A DNA stretch of 64,000 bases from Candidatus Latescibacterota bacterium (lineage in GTDB: Bacteria; Latescibacterota; UBA2968; UBA8231). Shown piece after piece: positions 16,331-27,308 of the stretch. A program made the position numbers and the translations under genes. The DNA is taken from NCBI GenBank assembly GCA_965203355.1, contig OZ241889.1:2048001-2112000 (forward strand). The letters are read 5' to 3'. Each line of letters starts with the position of its first letter. The stretch's first letter is position 1. The notes below the pieces were generated by a model, which saw only the letters and a program-made list of their open reading frames with translations, had not been told where the DNA came from and made no database searches.

Positions 16331-18244
16331 ATGGCTGGGCGTTTAACGGTGTGTGCATGGGCGGTGCTGTGGATCGGCGCGCTCGATCCGGCGAGTGGGC
16401 TGACGGTCTATCGGATCGGTGGCGAGAGCCTGCCGCCGCCGGTGTTGAACTCTCCGTACGAATTCGTGCAAATCAGTTGGATCGATATTGACGCGGCGCA
16501 GCACGGCAGCGAGGAGTTACTGGTGTTCGATCCAGATTTCGTGCGCCCCCAACGGTTCGATTCGTCTGTCAATCTCGTGCCAATCATCGAAGAGCAAGGC
16601 GGCAAGATTCTGAATTTGGTGTGGATTGGTTGGGGGCCGCCTCAGGCAGACGATCTTTTTATGTTCGACCAAGATCCGAACACCATATACCTGGGGGACG
16701 GTCACTTTGCCTCGCACGGGCCACCGCATAAGTACCTGACCTTCGATTTTGGCGCACCTTTGCTGCTAGAGAGGATTCGCTTTTTCCCTCGCACCAAACA
16801 CCTGACGGATCGCTTTGTAGAGACCTTCAGGGTCGGCATCAACGACGGCGATCCGCTCAAGGATGGTTCACGAGAGTTCCTCCTTGGCCGCTGGGGAGAC
16901 GAGCTAGACTTCGATATTATCTACGATATAACTGAAAATACCGAAGCCGTCATTGACTTGCCCCTGCCGGCGGAGCCCGTGCGACGGGTGCTCTTCTCAG
17001 CGGCGGAAAATACGCGCGGCATCTGGGAGATCGCCGAGTTGGAAATCTACGGCAACGGCTTTGCGCCTTTTGCAAACTACGTGTCCAATGTGATTGACCT
17101 AGGGGCCTTGGCGAGTTTGGGGGAGCTAACATGGGCTGGGCGCGAGGACGAAGGGGCCAGCGTGGCCCTGAGTATGCGCAGTGGGTTGGACGCGGACCCG
17201 AATATCTATTGGCGGACCACCTTTCGGGGCGGAGAGCGCACTCGCTTCGACGCCAAGGGCCGTCCCCTGACGCTAGCGTCGTACAATAAACTGGCACTCG
17301 GCGAGAAGGCTGGTACTACCCACGACACTGAGAATTGGGCGTTCTGGGGGGGCTACGGCTTCACAGCCGGGCAGGGGGTGATGGTCGGAGATGGCCCCCA
17401 GCGTTACGTGCAATTACGGGCGGACTTCTCATCGAGCCGAGAGACCAGCGGGCAGTTGGATTGGGTGCAGTTTGCCGTGTCGATCCCACCGGTAGCGCAA
17501 CAAGCCGTCGCCGAGATCACGCCTGCGGCCGTGCCTCCGGGGGAAGTTACGGCCTTCACCTACAAGTTGCGGGCGGTCTTGGCCAGCGACGATTTGGGAT
17601 TCGATCGGCTGGACATTGACACGCCGGTCCGGGCACAGAGCGTGGATGAGGTGAGGATTTCGGGTGCGCCGGTGGCCTTTGAAGTAGTGCGGCTGGACGA
17701 GACCGGTTTTGCGGTGCAGTTACCCAAGATTGACGCGCAGCGCACCGAGGAATTGATCGAGGTGGATTTCCAGACCGCGATTTTTAAGTTCGGCACGGTG
17801 TTTTCCGGGCGGCTCTCCAATAGCGAGCAGCCTCAAGAGGTGCCGCAAAATCTAGCGTCTGGGGACGCGGACGCCCGCTCCGAGAGCAATAAGTTGAGTG
17901 TGGGGTTGACTCGCTTAGAGGATCAGACCATCGGTGCCTTGGTGTTGATGCCGTCGGTGTTTAGTCCCAATGGCGACGGAATTAACGACGCGGTGCGGAT
18001 TGAGTGCAATGTGCTGAATTTGGTGGGGCCGGTGCAGGTAGAGTCGTCGGTATATGATTTGTCGGGTCGTCTGTTGGGCGTGATAGGTTCGGATTGGGCC
18101 TCTAGCGGCCGGTACGTAGGGGCATGGGACGGGCGGAATGAGCGCGGTGAGCAGGTGCCGCCGGGGCTGTATATTCTGCGCGTGAGCGTCGAAACTGACA
18201 AGGGGCCGGCCTTTCGGCAAACTGTCGTCTCGCTCGCATACTAA
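16331..18244 (+). CDS. Secreted FlgD/CHU_C-tailed protein, paralog 3
   Basis: Start reassigned to ATG 16331 (MAGRLTVCAW signal peptide) after the paralog 2 stop; colinear with paralogs 2 and 4; ends VSLAY. Confidence 0.75.
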   Translation: MAGRLTVCAWAVLWIGALDPASGLTVYRIGGESLPPPVLNSPYEFVQISWIDIDAAQHGSEELLVFDPDFVRPQRFDSSVNLVPIIEEQGGKILNLVWIGWGPPQADDLFMFDQDPNTIYLGDGHFASHGPPHKYLTFDFGAPLLLERIRFFPRTKHLTDRFVETFRVGINDGDPLKDGSREFLLGRWGDELDFDIIYDITENTEAVIDLPLPAEPVRRVLFSAAENTRGIWEIAELEIYGNGFAPFANYVSNVIDLGALASLGELTWAGREDEGASVALSMRSGLDADPNIYWRTTFRGGERTRFDAKGRPLTLASYNKLALGEKAGTTHDTENWAFWGGYGFTAGQGVMVGDGPQRYVQLRADFSSSRETSGQLDWVQFAVSIPPVAQQAVAEITPAAVPPGEVTAFTYKLRAVLASDDLGFDRLDIDTPVRAQSVDEVRISGAPVAFEVVRLDETGFAVQLPKIDAQRTEELIEVDFQTAIFKFGTVFSGRLSNSEQPQEVPQNLASGDADARSESNKLSVGLTRLEDQTIGALVLMPSVFSPNGDGINDAVRIECNVLNLVGPVQVESSVYDLSGRLLGVIGSDWASSGRYVGAWDGRNERGEQVPPGLYILRVSVETDKGPAFRQTVVSLAY

Positions 18245-18265
18245 GCGCGACACTAGGAGCCATCC

Positions 18266-20194
18266 ATGTCGTTTTGTTCGACGGAACATTGGGCCGGCTC
18301 AATCTTTTTTGCTGTTCTCTTACTACACGCATCGGTCGCGAGCGGGTTGACGATCTATCGGATCGGAGGGGAGAGTTTTCCGCCTCCAGACTTGGACACT
18401 CCCTATGAATTCGTGCAAATCGGTTGGAGCGAGATTGATGCGGCCCAACACGGGCGCGAAAACCTGATCCAGTTCGAGCCAGACTCGATTCGTCCGCAAT
18501 TTCTCAGTCCAGACATCAACTTGACCCCTTTGCTTCGAGAACGCGGAGGCGAAGTGCTCACTTTCGTCTGGAATGGCTGGCGGTCGCATACGGAGAGCGA
18601 TGAGTTGATGTTTGATGGCGACTTGACGACCGCTTTTTTGGGCGACGGTCGCTTTGCTGTGCATTGGCCGTATGTCAAGGCCATGACGTTTGACTTAGGT
18701 GCTCCCCTCTTTCTCGACCGCATTCGCTTTTTTCCTCGCGACAAACATTTGACCGATCGCTTCGTGCAGCAGTTCAGAATCGGCATCAACGACGGAGACC
18801 CGCTCAAGGATGGGACGCGGGAAGTAAACTTGGGGGCAGTCGGGTTTTATTTTGATTTTGATATTGTGTATGACGAGACGGAAAATACCCAGTCCGTCAT
18901 TGACCTGAAGTTCCCAGATAAGCCTATCCGCTACGTCTTGTTTTACTCTAAGGAGAACACGACGGGTATTTGGGAGATCGCCGAGTTTGAGATTTACGGT
19001 CATGGTTTTGCTCCATTTGCTCGCTATGTGTCCAACGTGATCGACTTAGGGGGTCCGGCCAGTCTGGGTAGCCTGCGGTGGTCTGGCGACCAAGACGCTG
19101 GGGCCACGCTGTCGTTGAGTACGCGCAGCGGTCTGGATGCTGATCCCAATGTGTACTGGCGCTATACGTTTCGCGGTGGGGAGCGCACCCGCTTTGATGC
19201 CGAGGGTCGTCCGCTGACGTTGGCCTCGTATGGCCAGTTGGCACTTGGGGCGCAGGCAGGCTTGAGCCATGACACGGCGGGCTGGACGTTTTGGAGTGGT
19301 GCGCCGGACTTTGCCACCGGGGCGGGGGTCGTTGCTGGGGCTGGGGCCCGTCAGTTTGTGCAGGTGCGGGCTGACTTCACCTCGGGTCAGCAGACCCGGG
19401 GTCGGCTTGATTGGGTGGAGTTGGCGGTGTCGCTTCCGCCGGTGGCGCAACAGGCCATCGCCGAGATCGTGCCCTCGGTGGTGTCGCCGGGCATGGTTAG
19501 CGCGTTCACCTACAAGGTCAAGGCTTCGGTGGGGCGGGCCGATCTGGGTTTTGATCGGTTAGCCATTGACACGCCGGCCCGGGTGTCGCACGTGGTCGGG
19601 GTGCGGCTGTCGGGTCAGCCGGTGGCCTTCGACGTGGTTGCGCGTACCGACACGGGGTTTGTGTTGGCGGTGCCTTTGGTGGATGCACAGCGCACCGAGG
19701 AAGTGTTAGAGGTGGACTTCCATGCGTCGGTGTTTCAGTTTGGCACGGTATTTAGCGGTCGTCTTTTCAACAGCGCGCATCCGGCGGAGGTGCCGCAGGC
19801 GTTGGCTTGGGGGGATGCGGATGGAGAGCCTTCTAGTGAGCGTTTGCAGGTTGACTTGACGGGTTTGGGCGGTGGCTCTTTGGGGATGTTGTCGGTGGAG
19901 CCTGGGGTGTTTAGTCCGAATGGGGATGGGGTCAACGATGTGGTCTCTATTGGCTGTGATGTGTTGAATGTGTCGGGTGGGTCGTTGGTGGGGTGTTGGG
20001 TGTATGATCTGTCGGGTCGTCGTTTGGTTTTGGTGGATGCTTCTTGGTTGGGTAGTGGTCGGTATGGTGGGGTGTGGGATGGTCGGGATGGTCGTGGTTT
20101 TTTAGTGCCGCCGGGGTTGTATGTCGTGGGGTTGCAGGTGGAGACCGATCAGGGCATGACCCACCGGCAAGCCCTCGTCGCTATCGCATACTAA
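18266..20194 (+). CDS. Secreted FlgD/CHU_C-tailed protein, paralog 4
   Basis: RBS AGGAG; signal peptide; C-terminal about 410 aa nearly identical to paralog 2. Confidence 0.75.
   Translation: MSFCSTEHWAGSIFFAVLLLHASVASGLTIYRIGGESFPPPDLDTPYEFVQIGWSEIDAAQHGRENLIQFEPDSIRPQFLSPDINLTPLLRERGGEVLTFVWNGWRSHTESDELMFDGDLTTAFLGDGRFAVHWPYVKAMTFDLGAPLFLDRIRFFPRDKHLTDRFVQQFRIGINDGDPLKDGTREVNLGAVGFYFDFDIVYDETENTQSVIDLKFPDKPIRYVLFYSKENTTGIWEIAEFEIYGHGFAPFARYVSNVIDLGGPASLGSLRWSGDQDAGATLSLSTRSGLDADPNVYWRYTFRGGERTRFDAEGRPLTLASYGQLALGAQAGLSHDTAGWTFWSGAPDFATGAGVVAGAGARQFVQVRADFTSGQQTRGRLDWVELAVSLPPVAQQAIAEIVPSVVSPGMVSAFTYKVKASVGRADLGFDRLAIDTPARVSHVVGVRLSGQPVAFDVVARTDTGFVLAVPLVDAQRTEEVLEVDFHASVFQFGTVFSGRLFNSAHPAEVPQALAWGDADGEPSSERLQVDLTGLGGGSLGMLSVEPGVFSPNGDGVNDVVSIGCDVLNVSGGSLVGCWVYDLSGRRLVLVDASWLGSGRYGGVWDGRDGRGFLVPPGLYVVGLQVETDQGMTHRQALVAIAY
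18953..20194 (+). repeat. Copy 2 of the ~1.24-kb near-identical direct repeat (3' part of paralog 4)
   Basis: Begins GAGAACACGACGGGTATTTGG and ends GCATACTAA, as copy 1 does. Confidence 0.95.
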
Positions 20195-20397
20195 AGAGGC
20201 CGAGCATGGCGGACGATATGCAATTTTCTTACCCTAAACGAGTTAAAATTCCTCTTATTGCCCTTTGCGTTAAAAAAGAACCTAGTAGCAATGGAGTCTC
20301 GCCCGCGGAAAATGCCCGATCTGGGAGCCGCTCGACCGCCTTTGCAGCGGTCGACGAGAGTTTTAAAAACGCTTCTTAGAACACAACGGGGAATGCT

Positions 20398-22974
20398 ATG
20401 ACTATCTTCGGACGCGTCCTTTTTATGGGACTAGTGCTTGCACTGGCCGGGGCTGCCGTGTACGCCCAGCAGGCCGGCCACCAGGTCCGTGCCAATCAGG
20501 TCGTGATCAATAGCCGCAACCATTGGCAGAATTGGGAATTTGCTCCAGGGACCTTGACGATTTCTCCGGCCGGAGAAGTGCGTGCTCGGCGCGTTAAAAA
20601 AAATACCAATGCAGTATTCGACATTGTCGATTATCTGCGCTTTAATCCTCCGGCATCCCTCGGCGGCAAAGAGCCCGCCGAGATCGTCCTCGCCGATGCC
20701 ATCAAGGGCGGCTCTAATGTCGCTGATGTGACCAACCTGCTCGATGGCGACATCACCACCTACTGGCAGCCCGATCCGCCTTCGGCCGACAGAGACTTAG
20801 CCTCACAGTGGTGGTTTGTGATCGATTTGGGCCGCGTGGTTTTTGCCAAAGAACTCGTAATGCGCTTTGTCGAGGAGGGCGTGGGCGATCCCTTTCTCCT
20901 CTTCGAAGTGCTCATTTCCGACGGCCTGAAGCCGGCGCGTTTACAAAGCAGCGAAAATCCAGCCTTTAAGACCGTGTTGCGGACTTTGAGCAAAAACAAG
21001 CGCCAGCGGGTCTTTACGGTTGATCTGACAAACGAAGAGCCTACCGTGCAGGCCGCGGCCGTGCGCTTTGTGCAAGTTTTAGTCACCGATACCGACGGAA
21101 TGCTCGGTGCGGAAGTCTCGGCCGATGAATACGAAGTGCTCAGCGAAGGGACACGCGGTGCCATCCAGTACTTCAAGCGCCAGCCCGATGGCCGAGAAGT
21201 GCCCGTTGACCAAGACCTATACGATATATTGGATGAGGAACGCCGGGGTAGCATCCGCTACTTTCGCCGGGAGTTGCCCCGCTTGGCCGAGTTAGAAATA
21301 TGGAACGAAGGTGACGAGCTAACCGCCGGCATTCTCGCTCGAGGCGGTGTCATCTCTACCAATGCGAAGCAGCCGTTGGCCCTGACCAAGTTCGTCGATG
21401 GTGACTTGGCAACCTTCAATCGCATCTTTTACGGCGTCTCCACGGCGGTGGCCGATCCCGAGTTGGAGTTGGTCTTCGACTTGGGATCGTTCTATTGGAT
21501 CGACGCCTTCCGCATGATTTACAACAACAGCTTGTTCCCGAATTATCGGATGGACTTTTCGGACGGCTCCTTGGCCCCAGACGGAAGCATCCAATGGACG
21601 ACTAGGGCGGAGCTCAGCCCGCGCCCCATCGTCCGCGTCGAAGGTGCCGACTTTGAGCCAATCAAGGCGCGGTATGGCCGCTTTCAGTGGACCTTGAATG
21701 CCATTGGTGCCCGCACGGCGGACATATCCGAGTTGCAGTTCTACGGCGAAGGTTTCCAGCCGGAAGTCTCGCTGCGGTCGGATCTTATTCGCTTGGGTAG
21801 CCGCCGCAACCTGCTGTCGATTGAGTGGGATGCCGACACGCCTCCGGGCACCCAAGTGCTGATTCAGACTCGCACGGGTAATGAATTGGGCGAGATACTA
21901 CACTATTTCAAAAAAGATGGCACGGAAGTGACCGAAAGTGAGTACAACAAGCTGCTGTCGTTGTTCAGAGGTGACACTGTTGCCGAGCAGGTACCCGGTA
22001 GCGATTGGAGCAATTGGAGCGCACCCTATGAGTCGCCGACGGGCAGTCCGATTACCTCGCCCTCACCGAGGGAATTCCTGACAGTGCAAGCGACCTTGCT
22101 GTCGGAAGACCCGGAGCTAAGCCCAACGCTGCGCTCGGTCCGTCTCAACTTTGCCAATCCCGTGGCGCAGCGTCTGTTGGGAGAGATCGGCCCGTTCGCG
22201 GTGGATGAACTCGGGGTTCAACGGCCGTTCTCTCTTTACTTGCGGCCAGAGTTTGACCGCCGCGATCCGGGTTTTGACGAGTTGCTGTTGCTTGCGCCAT
22301 CGAACATGGAGTTAAGTTTGGTCGGCCTGTACGGCGGCGAGGTGGCCGATTTCGACGGGGAAGCGAGCCTAAGCGAATTGACCCAGGTCGAGATCATCCC
22401 TACGGGCCGAGACTCGCTGCACGTGCGCTTTGGTGCGATACAGCCCAATGGATCTACGGAAGTGCTGAGGCTGGATTTTGAGACGGCACTTTTTGTTACC
22501 GGCGCAGTGTTACAGGCGGCCCTGCGCAATAGCAACGCGGACGGCGGAGGCACTTGGCAGCGGGTCGATCCGGGTGAGGCTCTAACACAGGTCGTCGGTA
22601 ATACCACGACAATTATCGCTACTGTAGAGCACAGTGCTCTGCTGACGGATGTGGCCGTGTTACCGGAGGCTTTTTCGCCCAACGGCGATGGGATCAACGA
22701 CCGCACGGTTTTTGCCTTCAACGTCGTGCGCGTTGGCGATGATAGTCCGGTGGCTGTCGAGATCTACGATTTGGGAGGCCGCCAAATACGGCGTCTTGTG
22801 CAAAGGCGTCCATTTAGCACCGGTACCTATGAGATCGAGTGGGATGGCCGGGACGACGGTGGGCGCATGGTGCCGCCGGGTCTGTATTTGGTGCAGTTGA
22901 GCGTGGATACTGATATAGAGGGAACGCAGGTCAAGGACGCGCAGGTACTCAGGACGGTCTCTGTGGCGTACTGA
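20398..22974 (+). CDS. Secreted FlgD/CHU_C-tailed protein, paralog 5, with two discoidin-like modules
   Basis: Signal peptide VYA-Q; LLDGDITTYW..IDLGR and FVDGDLAT..FDLGS; FSPNGDGIND..WDGRD..VPPGLY..SVAY. Confidence 0.75.
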   Translation: MTIFGRVLFMGLVLALAGAAVYAQQAGHQVRANQVVINSRNHWQNWEFAPGTLTISPAGEVRARRVKKNTNAVFDIVDYLRFNPPASLGGKEPAEIVLADAIKGGSNVADVTNLLDGDITTYWQPDPPSADRDLASQWWFVIDLGRVVFAKELVMRFVEEGVGDPFLLFEVLISDGLKPARLQSSENPAFKTVLRTLSKNKRQRVFTVDLTNEEPTVQAAAVRFVQVLVTDTDGMLGAEVSADEYEVLSEGTRGAIQYFKRQPDGREVPVDQDLYDILDEERRGSIRYFRRELPRLAELEIWNEGDELTAGILARGGVISTNAKQPLALTKFVDGDLATFNRIFYGVSTAVADPELELVFDLGSFYWIDAFRMIYNNSLFPNYRMDFSDGSLAPDGSIQWTTRAELSPRPIVRVEGADFEPIKARYGRFQWTLNAIGARTADISELQFYGEGFQPEVSLRSDLIRLGSRRNLLSIEWDADTPPGTQVLIQTRTGNELGEILHYFKKDGTEVTESEYNKLLSLFRGDTVAEQVPGSDWSNWSAPYESPTGSPITSPSPREFLTVQATLLSEDPELSPTLRSVRLNFANPVAQRLLGEIGPFAVDELGVQRPFSLYLRPEFDRRDPGFDELLLLAPSNMELSLVGLYGGEVADFDGEASLSELTQVEIIPTGRDSLHVRFGAIQPNGSTEVLRLDFETALFVTGAVLQAALRNSNADGGGTWQRVDPGEALTQVVGNTTTIIATVEHSALLTDVAVLPEAFSPNGDGINDRTVFAFNVVRVGDDSPVAVEIYDLGGRQIRRLVQRRPFSTGTYEIEWDGRDDGGRMVPPGLYLVQLSVDTDIEGTQVKDAQVLRTVSVAY

Positions 22975-23136
22975 GTACGGGCGGCGTGGATGGGTTAAAG
23001 TGCTGCCATAGATTTCGCGTTGAAACCAACGCTGCCGCCTTCATTGGTCTCCGCCAAACGAGCCTTCCTTGACCAGCATTGGTTCGAAGTCGCCAATAAA
23101 TTCTCCGCTACAGATTTTGGGAAAGGAGAAGCCCAC

Positions 23137-24144
23137 ATGCGTCTGCTACTAATTGGGGCGGTCGCGCTTGTTGCCGCTGGCTGCGGTGGCGAATCAGGCG
23201 ACGCGCCCGCCGAGAAAAAAATCGTCTGGTACGCTTTGATGGTCCACCCCTATGTCGAGGAGGTGCAAAAAGGGGTGATCGGCTACGAGCGCGACACCGG
23301 GATCAAGATCAAGCGCCAGATCGGCCAAAACTGGACCCAAGATAACGAAAACGCCAACGTCGAGCCGCTGGCCGCTCAGGGTTACAAAGGCTTCTCGCTC
23401 TACCCAGCCGACGCCAGCGCGGCCAACGGACTCTACGAAGAATTGGTGCAAAACGGGGCCTATGTCGTCAGCTATGGAGCACCGACGATGCGGCCGACGC
23501 CCGCGTCGTTTTGCGTGGCGACCGATGTCAAACAGGCCGCGATGGAGGCGACCGAGGCCCTGATCGGCTTTATGGGCGGCAAAGGCCACATCCTAAACGT
23601 GCTCGAACTGGTCGAAGACCCCAACACCATCCTGCGCAAAGAAGGGGTCGAGGCCGCGGTGGCCAAGTATCCAGCGGTCCAGATCGTCCAGGAAATCGCC
23701 GGCATGGAGTCGATTGAGACCAGCACCGCCAAAATCCAAGACGCGCTCTCGGCGCGGATCGAGGAGATTGACGGGGTGATTTGCACGGGGTACACGCCGA
23801 CCGTGGCCGCGGCGACCATCCTGTCGGAGTGGAACCAAACCCCGGGCCACAAGCGCATCCACTTCGTCGGCATTGACACGGACTCGGTGGTGCTCGACGC
23901 GATCCGCCGGGGGGCCATTGACGCGACCCTCTCGCAGAATCCCTACGGCCATGGCTACATCACGTGTGCGCTGTTGAGCTATTTGCTCGACGGATGGCAG
24001 GCTAATCCCGACCACTACTTCATCAACTCGGGCACGGTGCTGGTGACCAAAGACAACGTCGATACCTTTGACGCCGAGGTCAGGGCTATCACCGCGCAGA
24101 TTATGGGCGAGTTAGAGACCAAATACCTCAGCCCGCCCCGCTGA
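23137..24144 (+). CDS. Sugar ABC transporter substrate-binding lipoprotein (RbsB-like)
   Basis: RBS AGGAGA before ATG 23137; lipobox AAGC; periplasmic binding protein motifs FVGID..IRRGAIDATLSQNPYGHGY. Confidence 0.85.
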   Translation: MRLLLIGAVALVAAGCGGESGDAPAEKKIVWYALMVHPYVEEVQKGVIGYERDTGIKIKRQIGQNWTQDNENANVEPLAAQGYKGFSLYPADASAANGLYEELVQNGAYVVSYGAPTMRPTPASFCVATDVKQAAMEATEALIGFMGGKGHILNVLELVEDPNTILRKEGVEAAVAKYPAVQIVQEIAGMESIETSTAKIQDALSARIEEIDGVICTGYTPTVAAATILSEWNQTPGHKRIHFVGIDTDSVVLDAIRRGAIDATLSQNPYGHGYITCALLSYLLDGWQANPDHYFINSGTVLVTKDNVDTFDAEVRAITAQIMGELETKYLSPPR

Positions 24145-24147
24145 TTC

Positions 24148-25652
<1,505 letters not shown>

Positions 25653-25656
<4 letters not shown>

Positions 25657-26618
25657 CTATGGAACGCTTGCACAGACTCATGCGGCACAATGACGCCGGG
25701 ATCGCCTTGTCGGCGGGGCTGCTGTTTGTGGGGTGTGCGCTCAGCTCGGAGAGCTTTCTGTCGGCGTACAACCTCTTCAATATTTCCCGGATCGTGGCGT
25801 TCTCGGCGTTGGTGGCGCTGGCCCAGGCGGTGGTGTTGGTGGCCGGGGGGATGAACCTGTCCGTGGGAGCTATTGGCGGCGTGGCGACGATTGCCACTGG
25901 ATACTGCATTGAGGTGTTGGGTTGGCCCGGGTGGTTAGCGGCGTTGGTGGCGCTGGGGATTGGCGGCGCGGCTGGGGGGGTCAACGGAGTCATTATCACG
26001 CGGTTGCAGATCAATTCCTTCATTGCCACGCTGGCCACGCTTTTTGTCTTTACCGGGCTAGTGCATGGGTTTTCCGAAGGCTACGCCTATACGGACATCC
26101 CACGAGAATTTACGTTCTTGGGGCGGCAAAAGTTTTTGGGGCTGTCGAATTTGTTCTGGACGATGGGGTTGGTACTGCTGGCGACGCACTACGCCTTCCG
26201 GCACACGGTTTTCGGGCGGCGGCTGTTGGCGACCGGGGGAAATCAGGAGGCGGCCCGGCTGGCCGGGATCAATACCGACCGAATGATTTTGCTGTCGCAT
26301 GTGTTTTCGGGTGGTGTGGGGGCGCTGGCCGCGGTGTTGTGGGTCTCGCGGATGGGCTCGGCACAGCCGGCGACGGGCAAAGATTGGCTGATTACCAGCT
26401 TTGCGGTGGCCATTGTCGGCGGGACTGGGTTGACCGGCGGGCGCATCTCGGCACTGGGCCTGCTGCTGGGCGCGGTCATCATCGTCCTCATCAAGAACGG
26501 CTTGGTGATGCTGGAGGCCAACGTCTATTACGAACAGGCGTTTTTGGGATCGATCATCCTGTTGGCCGTGGTGGTGAGCCGGGTGCGGGATTTGTACGGG
26601 GGGCGGAGTCGAGGTTAG
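25653..26618 (+). CDS. Sugar ABC transporter permease (RbsC-like)
   Basis: GGMNLSVG, FIATLA, FGRRLLATGGNQEAARLAGI, AVAIVGGT. Confidence 0.92.
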
Positions 26619-26629
26619 CGGGCGAACTG

Positions 26630-26677
26630 TTGACAGGACTCGCTTTTGTAGCTACACTAGAGCTACATATTAGGAGG
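26630..26677 (+). promoter_or_regulatory. Sigma70 promoter with overlapping palindromic operator and RBS for the TA operon
   Basis: TTGACA (26630) -17 bp- TACACT (26653); palindrome TGTAGCTACA 26647-26656 plus AGCTACA 26661-26667; AGGAGG 26672. Confidence 0.8.
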
Positions 26678-26685
26678 GCATACAG

Positions 26686-26943
26686 ATGAGAACTGACACG
26701 GTCGTACGCGCTCGGATTGATAGCGAGACCAAAGAACGAGCGGCGGAAGCACTACAAGCAATGGGCTTGTCGGTGTCGGACGCCATTCGCCTGTTGTTGC
26801 TGCGCGTGGCGGATGAGAAGCGGCTGCCTTTTGCCGTTCAAGCACCGAATGCTACCACTGTTAAGGCGATAAAAGAATTAGACGAGGGCAAGGGCAAACG
26901 CTTCGGTAACGCCGAGGAACTGTTCCAAGACCTCGGGATCTGA
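26686..26943 (+). CDS. dinJ: Type II antitoxin, RelB/DinJ family
   Basis: VRARID..KERA...L..MGLSVSDAIRLLL.RVA.EKRLPF..PNATT. Confidence 0.9.
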   Translation: MRTDTVVRARIDSETKERAAEALQAMGLSVSDAIRLLLLRVADEKRLPFAVQAPNATTVKAIKELDEGKGKRFGNAEELFQDLGI

Positions 26944-26944
26944 C

Positions 26945-27217
26945 GTGCTGATCCCGGTTCGCTCCGCGCAGTTTAAGCGCGACGTGAAAAGAGCCGAGAA
27001 GCGCGGCAAGTCCCTGACCAAGCTGCGGGTGTTGTTGGCGTTGTTGATCCAGCAGGATCCGTTAGCTGCCCGCCATTTTGATCACCCGCTACGGGGCATT
27101 TGGAAAGGCTACCGGGAAGCTCACATTGAGCCGGACTGGCTCTTGATTTATCGCGTCCAAGGCGTCGAGTTGCACCTAGTTCGCACCGGTTCCCATGCTG
27201 ATCTGTTTAAAACATAA
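26945..27217 (+). CDS. yafQ: Type II toxin, YafQ family mRNA interferase
   Basis: FKRDVK..DHPLRG.WKGYREAHIEPDWLLIY..LVRTGSHADLF. Confidence 0.92.
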   Translation: MLIPVRSAQFKRDVKRAEKRGKSLTKLRVLLALLIQQDPLAARHFDHPLRGIWKGYREAHIEPDWLLIYRVQGVELHLVRTGSHADLFKT

Positions 27218-27276
27218 GTCAGAATCCCAATATCATTATAGAGTACGTGTAGTCGCCGCCGACCCAGCCAAAACGA

Positions 27277-27298
27277 CTTAGGCCGACGGCGGCCTAAG
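27277..27298. terminator. Hairpin between convergent yafQ and peptidase genes
   Basis: CTTAGGCCG-ACGG-CGGCCTAAG perfect 9-bp stem; no clear T-tract. Confidence 0.45.
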
Positions 27299-27308
27299 GG
27301 GCCAAGCC

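Noticed and set aside
15078-20194. Diversity-generating retroelement TR/VR pair as explanation for the 1.24-kb repeat
   Set aside because: Repeat is far longer than a TR, both copies are coding, differences are not adenine-specific, and no reverse transcriptase is in the window
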